This document shows positions 24,522 to 37,297 of a stretch of 64,000 nucleotides of DNA, piece after piece. A model generated the notes under the pieces. The model searched no databases and was not told where the DNA came from. It saw only the letters and a program-made list of their open reading frames with translations. Every line of letters begins with the position of its first letter. Within the stretch, counting starts at the first letter, position 1. This stretch comes from Tricharina praecox. Taxonomy: Eukaryota. The position numbers were made by a program, and so were the translations under genes. Location of the stretch: the NCBI RefSeq assembly GCF_024521635.1, contig NW_026250407.1, positions 1,116,001 through 1,180,000 of the forward strand. The letters are read 5' to 3'.

Positions 24522-27500
24522 TTAGTCCATCCTCACGCGTCCCTCCCCTCCACGTGGTTTGGCGTCCGTCTGCCCCAACTCGAAGCCGAACGAGGGCTTC
24601 TTCTTCTTCTTTCCTGAGCGCTCACCATACTTCTCGTCAAACTTCCGGATCAACCCTAGAGTTCCCATGTCATCGCTAATGCTCGCAGTGATCTCGGTTG
24701 TGGCCTTGTCGAAGTGTCGCTTGGATAGGATTCGCTTCTCGGGGTACTTTCCGGTCTTCTCGAACTCGGCGTTCTCCTCTTTGACGCATGTCAGCGCCGC
24801 CGAGACGCACAGGTTCTTGAGATCCGAGCCGGAAAAGAGACTGCATTCATCTGCAATCTCCTTCAGATTGATGGTATCATCCAGGGTTTCCGCGGTGAGA
24901 TGAATCTGAAGGATCGCTAGTCGGTCCTCAGGGGTGGGCAGGTCGATAAGTATCCGACGAGGGAGTCGTCTCAGGATGGCATCGTCGAGATCGAACGGCC
25001 GGTTGGTGGCGACCATGATGAATGCAGTGCTATCCATGTCCGCCCATTCCTTCAAGAACTGATTGATGATCTCGCGGTGACTACTCCGGCTGGAAAAGCT
25101 CTGTCTGCTGCCGAATATCGCGTCCGCCTCGTCAATGAAGATTACACAAGGGCTCAGTTTCTTCGCAAGCGAGAAAATGGCCTTAACGTTCTTTTCACCC
25201 TCGCCAACATACATGTTGAAGATGTCGCCGCCAGATACCTCCAGAACGGTGGCTCCAGATTCTTTAGCGACCGCTCTGGCAAGTAGCGTCTTTCCGGTAC
25301 CAGGAGGACCATAGAGAAGAACACCAGGAATCCTGTCGGTGGCAAGAACACCGTACTTAAAAGCTTCGGGCCGAACGAGAGAAAGCGAGGTCAGGGTTTT
25401 CATGGTGTCAATCGTCGCGGGTGCAGCACGGACGGATGAGAATCCAGTGTGAATATCCTTCGGATTGATGATTCCATTGATCAGTTTCTTCTCGTGGGCG
25501 TTCAGATTCTTGGGAATAGGTTTGGCGGCTTTCTCTTTTCCTGGGCCGTCCTCGACTTTTCCTGGCTTGTCACGTTCTTTAAGGTATTCCTGCTCTTGTG
25601 CAGCCCACTGGAATTTAATGTTATCGCTGTCATCGATGACACGAACGGCTTTAGCAATATCGCCCAGAGTGATCTCGCCGGGTAGATTCGATGCTTGCCC
25701 TAAAGCCATGATAGCAACTCGGTGCGATCGGTCAAAGCTCCAGAAGGCCTCGTGGATTCCAGGAATCTGGAGTTCACCAGGGTCGAGATGCCAATTTTCT
25801 GGGACAACTAGTGTGGCAGACTCTCCATTCTCCCCGCTTCTTCGTCTGATTACGTCACGGAGGTGTCGGATGTTGACCTCCCTGATCCGAGCGTCTCTGT
25901 CCTGTTTGAAGATTGCGTTGTCGGCCCTACCAATTACTGGGGGGACCACAATGGTACGTTCGAACGCTTCAGCTGAGCGGGACTGCAGAGCTTTGAAACC
26001 CGCTTTAGAGTACATTGCCGGGTCTTCCTCCGTCGATGTGGTGCCGAGAATGACTATTTTCTCGCCCTTACGCCGACGAGTCTGGACGATGTTATGTAGC
26101 ATTTTCAGAATGGCTTCGCCGGAAACGGTGCGCTCCAGTTCACGATAATCGCGAATATGGATGATCGTCTTGTTTGAAACCGTCTTCGGGGGTTCTGATG
26201 AAGAGGGTGAGGAGGACTGTCGCATTCGCTTCGCCTGGGCAGCTGATACCATGACGCTCAACAGGCTCGCCATCTTTCGTTCGTTTCTCTGATCTAGAGA
26301 TTGTTCCTTCGTCGGAGCTGGCGCCATCGAAGAGAATGGGAACTCTCCGTCGTTGGAAATAGGCATCACGGCGGCGCCAGCTATCCGCCCAATACGGAAC
26401 AGGTTCTGTAGCTGGGCTGGCAGAACATTGAACGTAGTTATCTTAGGTCCTACGCTGGGCGGGTCGATCATGTCTTCGTCTTCTTCATAGCTTTCTTCGT
26501 CCTCTTCGGCATCTTCCTCTTCCTCGATCACGGCAGCGCGGTTGACAGTGACTTGTGTATCGAATGCCAGCGAGCGGATTCCGATAGGCGATATGTCTGA
26601 TTGGGAAGCTGGATTGCAATTAAAAATTACCTCCAAAGTTAAGGGAACGTGAAGATACTCACCATGCCTTGAATCCCCCAGGAAGTCTCCTGCAATCTCT
26701 GCAAAGTCCTGCGCGTCTATCCGGATTAAATCCGCTTCAACCTCCGCGGCGACCTTCTCTGTGATGGCATCGAGATAATACAATCCACCTTCTTTGGGTA
26801 GATGTAGGATACAATGAGATTTGGTAGCTGCAACCCCGTCGGCAAAGGCGCCCTTTGGTAGAAGCAGTCCTGTTTGAACGTAGGTTGAGATCTCCTTCCA
26901 CACAGATTCGTGAAGTCGATATCTTTCCTTCGGCGCCGCTTCCGCCTCGCTTCCCGCCTCTGTAGTCCCTTTCTCTGTCACAGTTGTTTCTCCGGCTGTG
27001 GGCTCGGGCTCAACAGCTTCCGTAGGAGAAGATGTTTCCGAAGCTGCTGCATCGATTCCACTCGCTGCCTCCGGATTTGGCACTCCTCCAGCCGCTGGTC
27101 CAGTACTCACATCTGCATCCGGACAAGGCGCTTCTTCTCCAGCCACTTCCTCGGCCTCAACATTTGCACCCGGAGGTGGTGTGTCTTCAACGGGCACCTC
27201 GACATCGACGACTGTTGCCGGTGGAGGTGGCTTCCCGTCCGATACTTCAGTCTCGACAACCGGCTTTGGTGGGTCCGAATCTATTTTTAACAGCGAAGCA
27301 CTCGGTCCCTTTCCATGGTCCTCTCTCAACACTATCCGGTCAATGAACCATTCTGGCAACACCGGCTTCGGGATCGGCAGCGGCTTGCGAGCTGTCGTCC
27401 TAGTCTTCGAACCCACAGGCCTGCCTCTTCTCGCCGGTGACCGGTCTTCCATAGCTTCAGCTTCACCGGAACCATTTGCCGCTATTACACCACTTGCTAT

Positions 27501-27803
27501 CTCTTCGTGCGAGACCTCCGGGGCGAACGTGCTCTCTCCTTCCGTCACCTCCGCTGTCTCTCCCGCCGCGCCCTCTTTCTTTTCCGTGGCATCGTTGGAT
27601 TCCTCCACACTCCCGGCAGTTGCAACCGTGGAGTCGGCTGGTCTCGACGCTTCGCCCGAGGTGCGTAGGTAGACGGAAGTCTGCGATAAACATCGTACTG
27701 GGGTGCTGATGTGGAATCGTGGCGAAATCGAAGCTCCCAGACGGTGCGGGCGTGCAAGTCTCTGTCGCGCCGTGGGAATGACCCGTCGGATGGCAAGCAG
27801 CAT
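24522..27803 (-). CDS. Large mitochondrial-type AAA+ ATPase of the Msp1/ATAD1/spastin clade
   Basis: Arg-rich presequence-like N-terminus; Walker A GPPGTGKT, Walker B IFIDEAD, SRH ATNRPFDLDDAILRR. Probable 54-nt intron at 26609-26662. Confidence 0.9.
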   Translation of the reverse strand: MLLAIRRVIPTARQRLARPHRLGASISPRFHISTPVRCLSQTSVYLRTSGEASRPADSTVATAGSVEESNDATEKKEGAAGETAEVTEGESTFAPEVSHEEIASGVIAANGSGEAEAMEDRSPARRGRPVGSKTRTTARKPLPIPKPVLPEWFIDRIVLREDHGKGPSASLLKIDSDPPKPVVETEVSDGKPPPPATVVDVEVPVEDTPPPGANVEAEEVAGEEAPCPDADVSTGPAAGGVPNPEAASGIDAAASETSSPTEAVEPEPTAGETTVTEKGTTEAGSEAEAAPKERYRLHESVWKEISTYVQTGLLLPKGAFADGVAATKSHCILHLPKEGGLYYLDAITEKVAAEVEADLIRIDAQDFAEIAGDFLGDSRHGEYLHVPLTLEVIFNCNPASQSDISPIGIRSLAFDTQVTVNRAAVIEEEEDAEEDEESYEEDEDMIDPPSVGPKITTFNVLPAQLQNLFRIGRIAGAAVMPISNDGEFPFSSMAPAPTKEQSLDQRNERKMASLLSVMVSAAQAKRMRQSSSPSSSEPPKTVSNKTIIHIRDYRELERTVSGEAILKMLHNIVQTRRRKGEKIVILGTTSTEEDPAMYSKAGFKALQSRSAEAFERTIVVPPVIGRADNAIFKQDRDARIREVNIRHLRDVIRRRSGENGESATLVVPENWHLDPGELQIPGIHEAFWSFDRSHRVAIMALGQASNLPGEITLGDIAKAVRVIDDSDNIKFQWAAQEQEYLKERDKPGKVEDGPGKEKAAKPIPKNLNAHEKKLINGIINPKDIHTGFSSVRAAPATIDTMKTLTSLSLVRPEAFKYGVLATDRIPGVLLYGPPGTGKTLLARAVAKESGATVLEVSGGDIFNMYVGEGEKNVKAIFSLAKKLSPCVIFIDEADAIFGSRQSFSSRSSHREIINQFLKEWADMDSTAFIMVATNRPFDLDDAILRRLPRRILIDLPTPEDRLAILQIHLTAETLDDTINLKEIADECSLFSGSDLKNLCVSAALTCVKEENAEFEKTGKYPEKRILSKRHFDKATTEITASISDDMGTLGLIRKFDEKYGERSGKKKKKPSFGFELGQTDAKPRGGEGRVRMD

Positions 27804-28103
27804 CAGAGAGGAAGAGCTGAGCTAGGTATGACTGAAATGATGGCGGGGTTATGATGGGTCCTTGTGGTGATGGTGTCTCGTCTCTCGCCCCTACAGAACA
27901 AATCTTGCTTTGTCAAGGTGTCAAGGGCCAGTAAACACGCTAGTCTCGGCAAGTTCCGGCCCTGTCACTAGCGTGAGCAAGCTGGCGTGGCTTCGCCGCG
28001 CGAAGTTGCCTCAACCCCTCACAGCTTCCTTCAATCTCGACTTCAACCTTCCGACCAGTTACCTCTATTCAAGTATCATACGCGCACAAACTCACACAAT
28101 ACC

Positions 28104-28591
28104 ATGGGTTCCGTTGTTCTTCCTCATCTCTCGACCGGTTGGCATGTCGACCAGGCCATCATGTCGGAAGAGGACCGTCTGGTGGTGATTCGGTTTGGAC
28201 GCGATTGGGACCCCGATTGCATGCGTCAAGATGAGGTTCTGTACCGTATGCACCCCCATATACTCTTTAGCTGCCCACTGGCTGACTCTGTCTCGTCATA
28301 GGCATCGCCGACAAAGTGAAGAACTTCGCTGTCGTCTACCTCTGCGATATCGACCAGGTGCCGGACTTCAACAAGATGTACGAGCTGTACGATCCGGTGA
28401 CAGTCATGTTCTTCTTTCGCAACAAACACATGATGTGCGATTTCGGCACTGGAAACAACAACAAGATGAACTGGGTCCTGGAGGATAAGCAGGAGTTGAT
28501 CGATATTGTCGAGACTATCTACAAAGGCGCAAAGAAGGGACGCGGGTTGGTGATCTCGCCAAAGGATTACAGCACCAGATACCGCTATTAG
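28104..28591 (+). CDS. DIB1: U5 snRNP protein Dib1/Dim1 (TXNL4A), 2 exons
   Basis: MGSVVLPHLSTGWHVDQAIMSEEDRLVVIRFG...KNFAVVYLCDIDQVPDFNKMYELYD...SPKDYSTRYRY*. Head-to-head with the AAA ATPase, 300 bp apart. Confidence 0.98.
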
Positions 28592-28962
28592 GCTACTGTT
28601 GGATTTGGAAAATCTGATGTTCGTTTCTTTGATTGTTTTTCAAATGCGCTTTGGAGTTTGTTAGGTTCTGTTTGAATGAATTTACGTTACTGTACCCATT
28701 TGATGTGCCTACCATGACTTTGACGACATACCTCCGTTTATCGTCCATACCCACAATACAATTCCTATGACAGGGAACATTCATAACGCTACTATCATTG
28801 CCTTTTCTTCTTTTTTGGGTTTGAATCGACCGAGATCAAGTCGCGAATAAGCTTAGCAGAGCCTCAAAGCTACAAAACCGAACCAGACTTCACGTCTCCC
28901 GAACGAACAAACTTCAAGACTGACCTCGTCCTGCCCTCACCTCGTCTCCTCCGCCCGCCACC

Positions 28963-30126
28963 ATGCTGCCCCCAGTCGCCTACGAAGTCCTGAACGCGAA
29001 TCCCTTATTTTCCAACCTATACACCGAGCTTACTACCCGAATTCTCGATCCCGTTGACGGGTCAACGCGTTCTTCCTCCCGTCCTAATGACGTCCTCGAC
29101 CAGGTATTTCTTCAAACCTTTCACGTTCGGGGGTGCATATCACGCTCAAGCCTCGCATCAGGAACTTCGTACACACCGCGCCGAACTTGCGAAAACCCGG
29201 CTGCTCCGGAACGAGCTGGAGGCTTTAACCAGTCGTACACAAGGCCTGTCGGAAGAGGTGCCTACAGCTCACTGTCCTCTCTCAAAGCTGGATTCTGACC
29301 TCAATACCTATTCCAGTTACAAGAAGCTCTTGACCTCTTAACCTCGCAGTATTACCGCTCGCTCCCCGAGGACGATAAAGCGCTGCTGCAGGAGGAGTTT
29401 GAGGACCTGGAGGACAATCTACCGCTTATTGGACACCATGTCTCGACGTCACTACACAAATCTACATTAGAGATAGCACGGATAGCTTATCCTTCCGGTT
29501 GGTATTATGGACCGTGGATGGTGAAAATTCGCTGAGACGGAAGACAGAGAACCCACGCACGCTCGAACAGAAGATCGATTCCATACCCGCCGAAACGGCA
29601 CTCCGCTTCAACGCTCTGCAGAAAGCACGTACCGCGCTCTCTCAGAAGCAGCTTGCACTGGCGGCATTGTGTTGTGAGATTCTTGATGTTTGTGCTTGCC
29701 CTCCTTCGGCCATCACGAGTCATCACTGACCTATCTCGCGCAAACTAGGAATACAAAGCCACAACCACTCGTCTACTCGCCCTGCTGAACCAGAAGGAGA
29801 CAGCTATCACAAAGGCTTTGACGGCAAGGGCAGAGCATCTCACCTTTGTCGCCGAGAGCATGTCATTGAAGCTTAGTGTGTTGCGGAACCAAGCGCTCGC
29901 GGCCATATATGACCCCGAAGCACTTAATGCGCTGGAGAACTACCAGCACCATCTCAGAGATACGTCGACAAGATTGATTGCTAGACAGCGCGTTGCGGAG
30001 GAGGAACTGAGGAAGTATAACAGCGCTGGAAGCGATATGAGGGGTTTGGTGGAGCGGTATGGTCAGATTATGAGGAGTATGGAGGCTGTCTCGAAGGATA
30101 TCAAACGATTGAAAGGACAGGCGTAA
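28963..30126 (+). CDS. Probable augmin/HAUS subunit 4-like coiled-coil protein
   Basis: MLPPVAYEVLNANPLFSNLYTELTTRILDPVDGST start. The C-terminal SMSLKLSVLRNQALAAIY...LRKYNSAGSDMRGLVERYGQI pattern resembles the HAUS4 C-terminus. Several canonical introns. Confidence 0.65.
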
Positions 30127-30324
30127 GGCTGGGCTAAATATGGAGTTACGGCGCGAATGATCCGTATGTGTGTATGATATATGTACCAGCCACGCATACA
30201 ATAGCACTTGCAACCCATCACGAGATATGATTTCGATTCACGATGGCTACTGCTTGAACTTCAAACTTCCAAAATCGTGACACTATGTACATGAGTGGCC
30301 ACAACACCAGCCGCATTCCCCTGC

Positions 30325-32055
30325 TTACAACTTCCACCGCAAAAGAGTGAAGGAGTGTTTGGGGAAGGTGTACTTGCTTTCCGCCTTCCACTTGCTTTCC
30401 TGGATCTCAACTGTCGTCTTCTCAGCGGTGTTGACATCGTCCAAGTTCTCACCCGTAACTAGGTGCACTTCGACCTCCTGACCAATAGGCACACCCTTCA
30501 ACTCAGTCTCGAACGCCTTCTCAGCGTTCAGGTTCACCACGGCCAGGTTGACGTATCCATTGTTGATGGCGGCGGACACATCCAGCCAGGAAACATCCAT
30601 AGTCGACTCGATGAACACGGGGTTTGTGCGGCCATCGTAGGTTCCGGACTTGACGTGCACGCCCAAGGTGCTTCCGCGCATGTACTTGGCGAACAACAGG
30701 TATACCCACCACGTTGTCTGCTTGACGAGGCCGGTGGGCGTGGTCATCAGCGGCGCGATAACGTTGACCGACTGCGCGATGTTGGTCATGCCAATGTACT
30801 TCGACTGCCGGATGAAAACGTTGCACCACACTCCCATGGCCAGCATGTCGGAGACGGTGTAGAGCTCTTCGGCACCCTTGTCACCAGGGGCGCGAACAGG
30901 ATCCCCTAACGAAAAGCGCGTTAGAGATGAAAAAATAATAATGAAAAAAGCCGAGTGGGCCCGAGTGATGGGTAAGCTTACAGATGTTCCACTCGTCGAA
31001 GCAGATTGTGGGACGCTTCGTCACGCCGGATTTGATACGTGCCATATCTATCAATGAGGCACAGATCTCGATCGCACGCTCTGCCGACAATGGGCCGGAA
31101 GCGTTCGCCATATGCCTGCTCGACCGTTAGCATCCCTCGGTGATCACTCGCCATCCTGGGGGGGGGGGGAACTGACTCCTTATCGGCGGTGTACACATGG
31201 ATCGAGTGCATATCAATCCATTTGATGCACTCTCCAAGGACATATCTGTCCCACTCGACGTAACCCAGCTCTCCACACAGGATCAGGACAATGCTTGGGT
31301 CCAGAAGCTTGAGCGCCTTCGCCCATTGATACGCCTTCTTCGCATAGTCCTCCTTCGTCAACTGCTCGACCTGCCACTCGCCGTAGCACTCATTTCCGAG
31401 TGCCCAGTACTTCACATTGTACGGCTCGGGATGTCCGTTTTCCCGGCGGAGGTTCGCCCAGTACGTATCCCGCGTCGAGTTGCAGTACTCAAGCCATCCG
31501 AGAGCTATCCCCAGTCAGCTTTCTTCGCTCCCCACAGCGGAGGCCGAGCATCCAAGAACTCACCCTCATCCAATGTCCCCGTTCCCATGTTCAGGGCAAT
31601 GTACGGCTTCGTCCCGACGGTATCACACCACTTCATGAACTCATCGGTACCGAACTCGTTCGACTCCACGCCGTCCCACGCGAGCTCGGGACGCCGCGGC
31701 CGCTTGTCCTTCGGCCCGACTCCCTCGTACCAGTGATATGTGGCCACAAAGTTTCCGCCGGGGTAGCGCACAACCGGACAGTTCAGCTCTTTGAAGCAGT
31801 CGATCACGTCCGTGCGGAAGCCGTTTTCGTCAGAGAGGCTGTTGCCGGGGTCGTACAGTCCGCCGTAAATACAGCGGCCCATGTGCCTAGGGACATTGAG
31901 GTCAGTGCGTGTGAATGGAATGCGGGGACGGCAATGGGAACGCACTCGGTAAAGCCGGAGTAGATCTCATCTTTGATCTCCGAGAGGACGCGGTCGGTGT
32001 CAATGCTGATTGAGGGGGGAGCGTCCTCGGCGATTTTTGTGAAGGTGGTGGCCAT
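30325..32055 (-). CDS. GH51 alpha-L-arabinofuranosidase, no signal peptide
   Basis: YSGFTE/HMGRCIYGG, RYPGGNF, ESNEFGTDEF, acid/base motif WALGNE, nucleophile motif CFDEWN, NIAQSVNVI. The N-terminus MATTFTKIAEDAPP is hydrophilic. Confidence 0.95.
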
Positions 32056-32501
32056 GATGACGGTGGAATTGATGGCGGCGGGGTAGTTTTTCCGTTCGTT
32101 CGGTGGCGATGGGAAGCTGAGAGCTCAATGGACAGGCACGATGATGTCGGATGGGCTGATGAATTGAAGCGGAGGTGACTTATAACTACGATGAGCTTCA
32201 CGTAGGCACCGTACGGTAGTCAGGTAGGATAGATAGGTGGATGGTTCTTGTCTTGTCTTGCAGCTTCATTCTATCCGGAACTTCTCCATAGTAACTATGG
32301 ACGGCCGTCTTCACTCCGACGGGCGGAGAACCGCTGCCTACATCACTGGCCGTATGGATTATCCTCGTGGTGAGCTGCAAGTTCAACGCACCCCGCAGAA
32401 GGGTTCTTCCCCACCACCACCACCACCACCACCACCTGCCACCACCACCACCTACCATCACCGATGTTTCCCCCACCACACCATCCTGCGGTGGCTGGTG
32501 G

Positions 32502-33558
32502 CGGCTAAACCCCAGATACAGCCTATATAACCGGCTCCCGCCTAAACTGCCCATTTACCCAAGCGGGTTTGAGCTTAACTGAGCTGCAACCAAGATCAGG
32601 CTATGGCCCACGCACACAAGCCGGTAGATAGGGTGAAGCCACGGGTCTCGGAAGTGGAGAAACCGCCGATCGTAGTACTCTACTCTAAAGTGCATAGTTA
32701 CTTGCGCGTAGGTTCCCGTGCCTATGCAGCCCGACTGATTTCAAGTGACTAGCCGATGGTTAGTGGCCGACGATGGTTTTAGGTGGCTACTGGATGAACT
32801 TCATAGCCGTCTTGCAACCCATGGCTGAATTAGATCCAGCAAAAACAAAGAACTGTTGGAAGGAAATCATAGGTATGCGACGCTACGGACAAGTCACAAT
32901 TTCCAGACTCCAACCCCGAAACAGTCCGCCGACGCCCCGATGCTTACGTTCGACCGGGCTGGGGGCTGTGAAGTACGGTATCGGGCGACTGTGACGTTCT
33001 CCTCGAGTTGTTTGTATGTACCGCTCGTTTTCGGCACAACTCGCGCTCGTCCAACTGTCGAGTAAGGCATGATTGACAGACGAATCGACCCAAGCGTCGA
33101 TTATCAGGTCTCTTGACCTCGTTCTCGAGGCTCACCGGATCCGCGACTATCGCTTCCTAGTTTTTCCGAGCTTCGCCGCCGCCGCCGCCGCCGGGGCAAG
33201 GAATGAGCAATCTCGATTCCACACAGCCGCTGAAAATCCAACGGCTGCGGCGGCTGGACAAAGTCGCCCGTGGATAGATAGGATATCGGATCGATGAGTC
33301 TCCTGGCCGTTTGAATGGGCGGTTATGAACGGTGTGCGCGGGATGAAGGCACGCGGTAGGTACCGTAGTGGTTTCGAAAGGCGGTAGTGGAGTAGCTACG
33401 GAAGCACGGTGGGGCAGAGGTAGGCGAGAGAGCCTGGTCTAACACCATCAGCATACGTAACCGCACCCAAAAGACGAAAGACGCAAAACGCCCTCTGACA
33501 GCGGAGGACGTATGTACCTCTAGGTGGGCAGGGCTCAAGTGGATACCAACAGGCTAAA
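32502..33558. promoter_or_regulatory. XlnR/Xyr1-type GGCTAAA sites between the GH51 and transporter genes
   Basis: CGGCTAAA at 32502-32509 and GGCTAAA at 33552-33558. A CreA-type SYGGRG (ccccag on the + strand) lies immediately after the first site. Confidence 0.4.
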
Positions 33559-34970
33559 TCGCTCAGCGCTGGCGTAGAAAACCCGCCATCCAACTTATGT
33601 TGTCCTCAGCACTAGATATATAGCTTGGGCTGAGGGTTTGTTTTGCGGACTCTGGTGGGTCCCCGGATCTAATGTCGGACGCTAGCGGTGCCACGGTGTG
33701 GCATGAAAACCAGGGAGATGGGAATATGGAAATGGAAATCTCATGTCTCCTCGGCCCACGCGAGGGGATGAAAACCGGTGGTTCGTCGGAAGCACTGAAA
33801 AAGCATATACACAGGCTCAGCTTCCGATGCTGACATCCCGTTCAGGCTGAATGGTAGTTTTTCCGTCCCCACCCCGTTGTTCGCCCCCGTGACAGCGACA
33901 TGCACGACTCACGTACCGTTTTCTGACCAGGCTAGAAGACTGGTGGCATGTGCATGATGTACCGTATTCTAGAGCAGAGCATGTCTCTCCATCCATTCTG
34001 GTTCCAACAACGGGCGTCATGTAACATGTTAGGGCATGCACCCTGATACCGTATATCCTCGGTAATGGGAAAGACCGATGCCAAAGGTAGGCCAGTCCCG
34101 CGAATGAACTCGCAATCTATGTAGACATCGCATAGGGGCACACCAGTCCACTGCCGTCCTAATCAATGCCGTCAAGGGTGAGGCATCTCTTGCATGCTGT
34201 CCTCGTGCCTTGCGAATATTGACTGCATGGCTCCTGCTGAATCGGCTGGCACTCCTATGGGTCGAGACTCGAAGTCAATGCAAATCGGTGGCAACGTGCT
34301 TGCAGATCCGCATTCTCACCTCCTTGGATTTCCAACGTGAAGAACTGATGGAGTACAGTAGAGCAGTGTTCGCTTAAAGGCCGTTTGTGTGTGGTGTGTG
34401 GTGTGTGGTGTGCGTCGTTGCTTTGTTTTTCGCAGTCGATTTACCCGAAGGGCCGGAGTTTGCTCGCCCGCCCGCCCCGTCCTCCCCCCATACATACACC
34501 CCAGACTTCGGTTCTTTAGCGCAGGGACCGACCAAGCGTAAGCCACGCTCTCGCGCCAGCACTGGATGAAACGGAGGTCCAGTCACCAGTGCAATCCTCA
34601 ACCCGCACTCCACAGTTCTCCAGATCTCCACGTTTTCATCCAAGCTAGTCACAGCCCGGAAGAATGTGGGGAGACACTCGAGGCAAAATTTTGGTTGCTG
34701 GGAGGTTGCAGCTATCCTAGTTTTTTCCGCCTCTTGGGTGCATGCCGTCCCCAGTCCTAGTCTACTTCTTGAAAGCATGAAGCATGGGGATACCGGTATG
34801 TGGGGATCGAGCTACCCAAGAATGCTCAGCGGAGAAGCTATATAAGTAAATGGCTTCATCTCCCGGTTCCTGCTGCTCATCAATTCTGTCAGCTTCCCCG
34901 GACCCGCAGTTTCAAAGGTTCAAGGGAATTCACCTCGTCTCCGGATCGACACTGCAGAAAGCCCTCGACA

Positions 34971-36739
34971 ATGGCTCTCCCACCTAAGTGGTACCAGTTC
35001 CTCATCGGCCTTTTTGCGTCGATAGGCTCCTTCAACTACGGTTACGATCTGGTATGGTTCCTCCAGCGCAGTTGTAGCTGCCGTCTCCCATAGAGACCTC
35101 GTACTGACTGGTGGCTGCTCTCAGGGTATTATCGCCCAAGTTGTTGCCTCCGACTCTTTCGATACCAAGTTCAAGCCCAATGAAGACCAAACGGGTCTCG
35201 TCGTCTCCCTATTCACTGCCGGTGCTTTCTTCGGTGCTTTCCTCGCTGGTTACTCCGGAGATCTGATCGGACGTCGTGCCACTATCGGTGTTGCCTCTGC
35301 TGTCTTTGTGTTGGGCGGATGTCTCCAGGCGGGAGGACAGGTGAGAATTGTTTCTTCCGCGACTAGCTCGTCTGTGTGTCTAACGAACTACAGAATATCG
35401 GATACCTTCAAGCTGGACGATTCATTGGTGGTATTGGAGTTGGTTGCATGTGTATGATCGTTCCTCTGTACCAGGCTGAGCTTGCACATCCGTCTATCCG
35501 TGGACGTATCACTGCTCTGCAGCAGTTTATGCTGGGAGTGGGAGCTCTCTGCGCATCTTGGATCGGTTACGGCTGGTAAGCTTCCCATCCGTTCTCAGTT
35601 TATCTTCCCTTCAAGATACTGATGTTTCTCCTCTAGTTACACTGGATTTGCCTCGGACGATGACCGCCAATGGCGTGTTCCCCTCGGTCTCCAGAACATC
35701 CCAGCAGGAATCCTCGGTCTTCTCATCTTCATGTTCCCCGAGTCTCCTCGATGGCTTATCGACAACGGCAAGACCGAGGAGGGTCTTCAGATTCTTGCCA
35801 ACCTGCACGCCCATGGCAACAAGGACGATCCTTGGGTGAAGGTTGAGTTCGAGCAGATCCAGGAAGCTCTGACCCACGAGCACGACCACTCGGCCAAGAC
35901 CTGGGGCGAGCTGTTCAAGAACAAGTCCAACTTCCGCCGCATCTTCATTTGCGTAGCTCTGCAGTGTGCCACCCAGATGACCGGTGTATCCGCAATCCAA
36001 TACTATTCGCCCACCATCTTCGGTCAGATCGGTCTCTCGACTGAGGAGACCCTCAAGTACCAGGCCATCAACAGTATTATCGCCTTGGTCGGCCAGTTCC
36101 TGTGTATGCTGTTCATCGACCGCCTTGGACGTCGCTGGCCCCTGATCAGTGCCAATGTTTTCAACGCCTTCTGCTTCCTTGCCGGCATGATTCTCCTCCA
36201 GCAGTTCCCCCCCGGGAGTGTGAACTCTCCTCGCTCTGCACAGATCGGATTCATCGCCACAACTTGGCTCTTCAATTTCAGTTTCAGTGCTGCTTGCGGT
36301 CCTCTATCCTGGATTGTTCCTGCCGAAGTTTTCAACACCGCCACCCGATCCCGCGGTGTATCCCTCGCCACCATGGCCTCGTTCGCCATGAACACCATGA
36401 TTGGCCAGGTCACCCCCAAGGCCATGACGGACGTCGGCTGGAAGTTCTACATCCTCTTTGTAAGCATCTCTTCTCCCTCTCCGCATTGATAAAAGTCTAA
36501 CACACGATCTATAGGTCGTCTGCAACTTCGCCAACGCCATTTTCTTCTGGGCACTCCTCCCGGAGACCAGCAAGGTCCCTCTGGAGGCCATGGACAACCT
36601 ATGGGAGAATGCGCCCTGGTTCGTTCCGACCATGCGTCGCAAGGACTACCTTGCGGAGCTCGAGCACGAGGTCGAAGATGTCAACGAGAAGAACCAGGTT
36701 CTCGCCACCTCTGCCCATATTGGCGAGGTGAAGGACTGA
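34971..36739 (+). CDS. MFS sugar-porter family transporter (5 exons)
   Basis: MALPPKWYQFL...FNYGYDL/GII; DLIGRR; GRFIGGIGVG...PLYQAELAHPSIRG; FPESPRWL; QMTGVSAIQYY; DRLGRR; WIVPAEVF...RSRG; PETSKVPLE. Confidence 0.95.
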
Positions 36740-37297
36740 GTGCGTGGAGGTTGTGGAGGTGTCATGAATTTACTTTTTCCTTTGATATTACTGTGTATGG
36801 AGACTTAATGTATATATGGGGGTTGGGGCGGCATGTCGGTATGTATGTCGGTATGTATGTAGCTATGAGACTTGTAATCGTCTTGTTGCTGGGAGCGAAC
36901 ATAATTTCATGTATACTCATATTACCTATTTTACATGACACTTGAAATGGCACTATTTGTGTTGCATCATAAGAGATAAGCTCCACTGCTCCAGTTAGAT
37001 GGGACACCTTCACTGGTAGCATGGCGTGGTCGTAAAGAAAAGAAAACCGGGGGCAAAGCCTGAGGCTTGAGCACGGCTTCTTGAGGAATTTCGGAAGGCT
37101 CAAACGAGTAAGTATATGATAAAATGTAGCCACGCCGGTTGAATACAGATTTACGCTACTACTACACGACAATCGCGACACTCACGGGGCCCCAGGATCC
37201 TCGGATCAACACATCTCGCCTCTCGCCTCTCCGCCTCGGATCCATAACACGGCGCCCAAGTCATGAAGAAAAAAAAACTTGAATAGCAGGCGCTTAG

